A DNA stretch of 64,000 nucleotides from Sphyrna mokarran (Eukaryota): NCBI GenBank assembly GCA_024679065.1, contig JAGIQG010000011.1:57164001-57228000 (forward strand), read 5' to 3'. Of this stretch, positions 63,839 through 64,000 are shown piece after piece; positions within the stretch are counted from its first letter, which is position 1; every line of letters starts with the position of its first letter. The notes under the pieces were generated by a model. The model was given only the letters and a program-made list of their open reading frames with translations. It was not told the origin of the DNA and ran no database searches. Made by a program: the position numbers and the translations under genes.

Positions 63839-64000
63839 ATCCTCAATCCAGGATAATATATAACTCCTAATCCCATGATTCCTAATTTCATAAAACAATC
63901 CTTTGTGTGGCAAGTTAGCAGATGCTTTTTCAAAATCCAAATGCACTACTTCCACTGGTTATTCCTTATCTACCCTGCTGGTTACAACTTCAGAAAACTC

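Overview
This is eukaryotic (vertebrate) genomic DNA, not prokaryotic. The repeat content (many HE1/V-SINE copies with GATTCTAT tails, SacSINE1-like DeuSINEs, CR1 LINEs, Penelope elements, Harbinger fossils) points to a shark, probably a carcharhiniform (inference from recalled consensus sequences; no search was run). The window is mostly intronic, and roughly half of it is decayed, often nested transposons. The functional core is a pair of divergent CpG-rich promoter regions. One (~23.7-24.4 kb) precedes a minus-strand first exon that looks like a signal-peptide leader. The other (~25.75-26.2 kb) starts a plus-strand transcript with an apparently multi-exon, uORF-rich 5' leader (exon 1, a 21-nt microexon, candidate exons at ~32.1 kb and ~51.7-52.1 kb). 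I could not name either gene. There is also an isolated, diverged but still open histone H4 copy. The best leads are a microexon that toggles a uORF codon between TGT (Cys) and TGA, Penelope insertions with inverted arms and hammerhead ribozyme motifs, and V-SINEs with three different tails. No CRISPR, rRNA or true tRNA genes were found, and nearly all ORF-track entries are spurious or transposon debris. Transposon boundaries were read by eye and are approximate.
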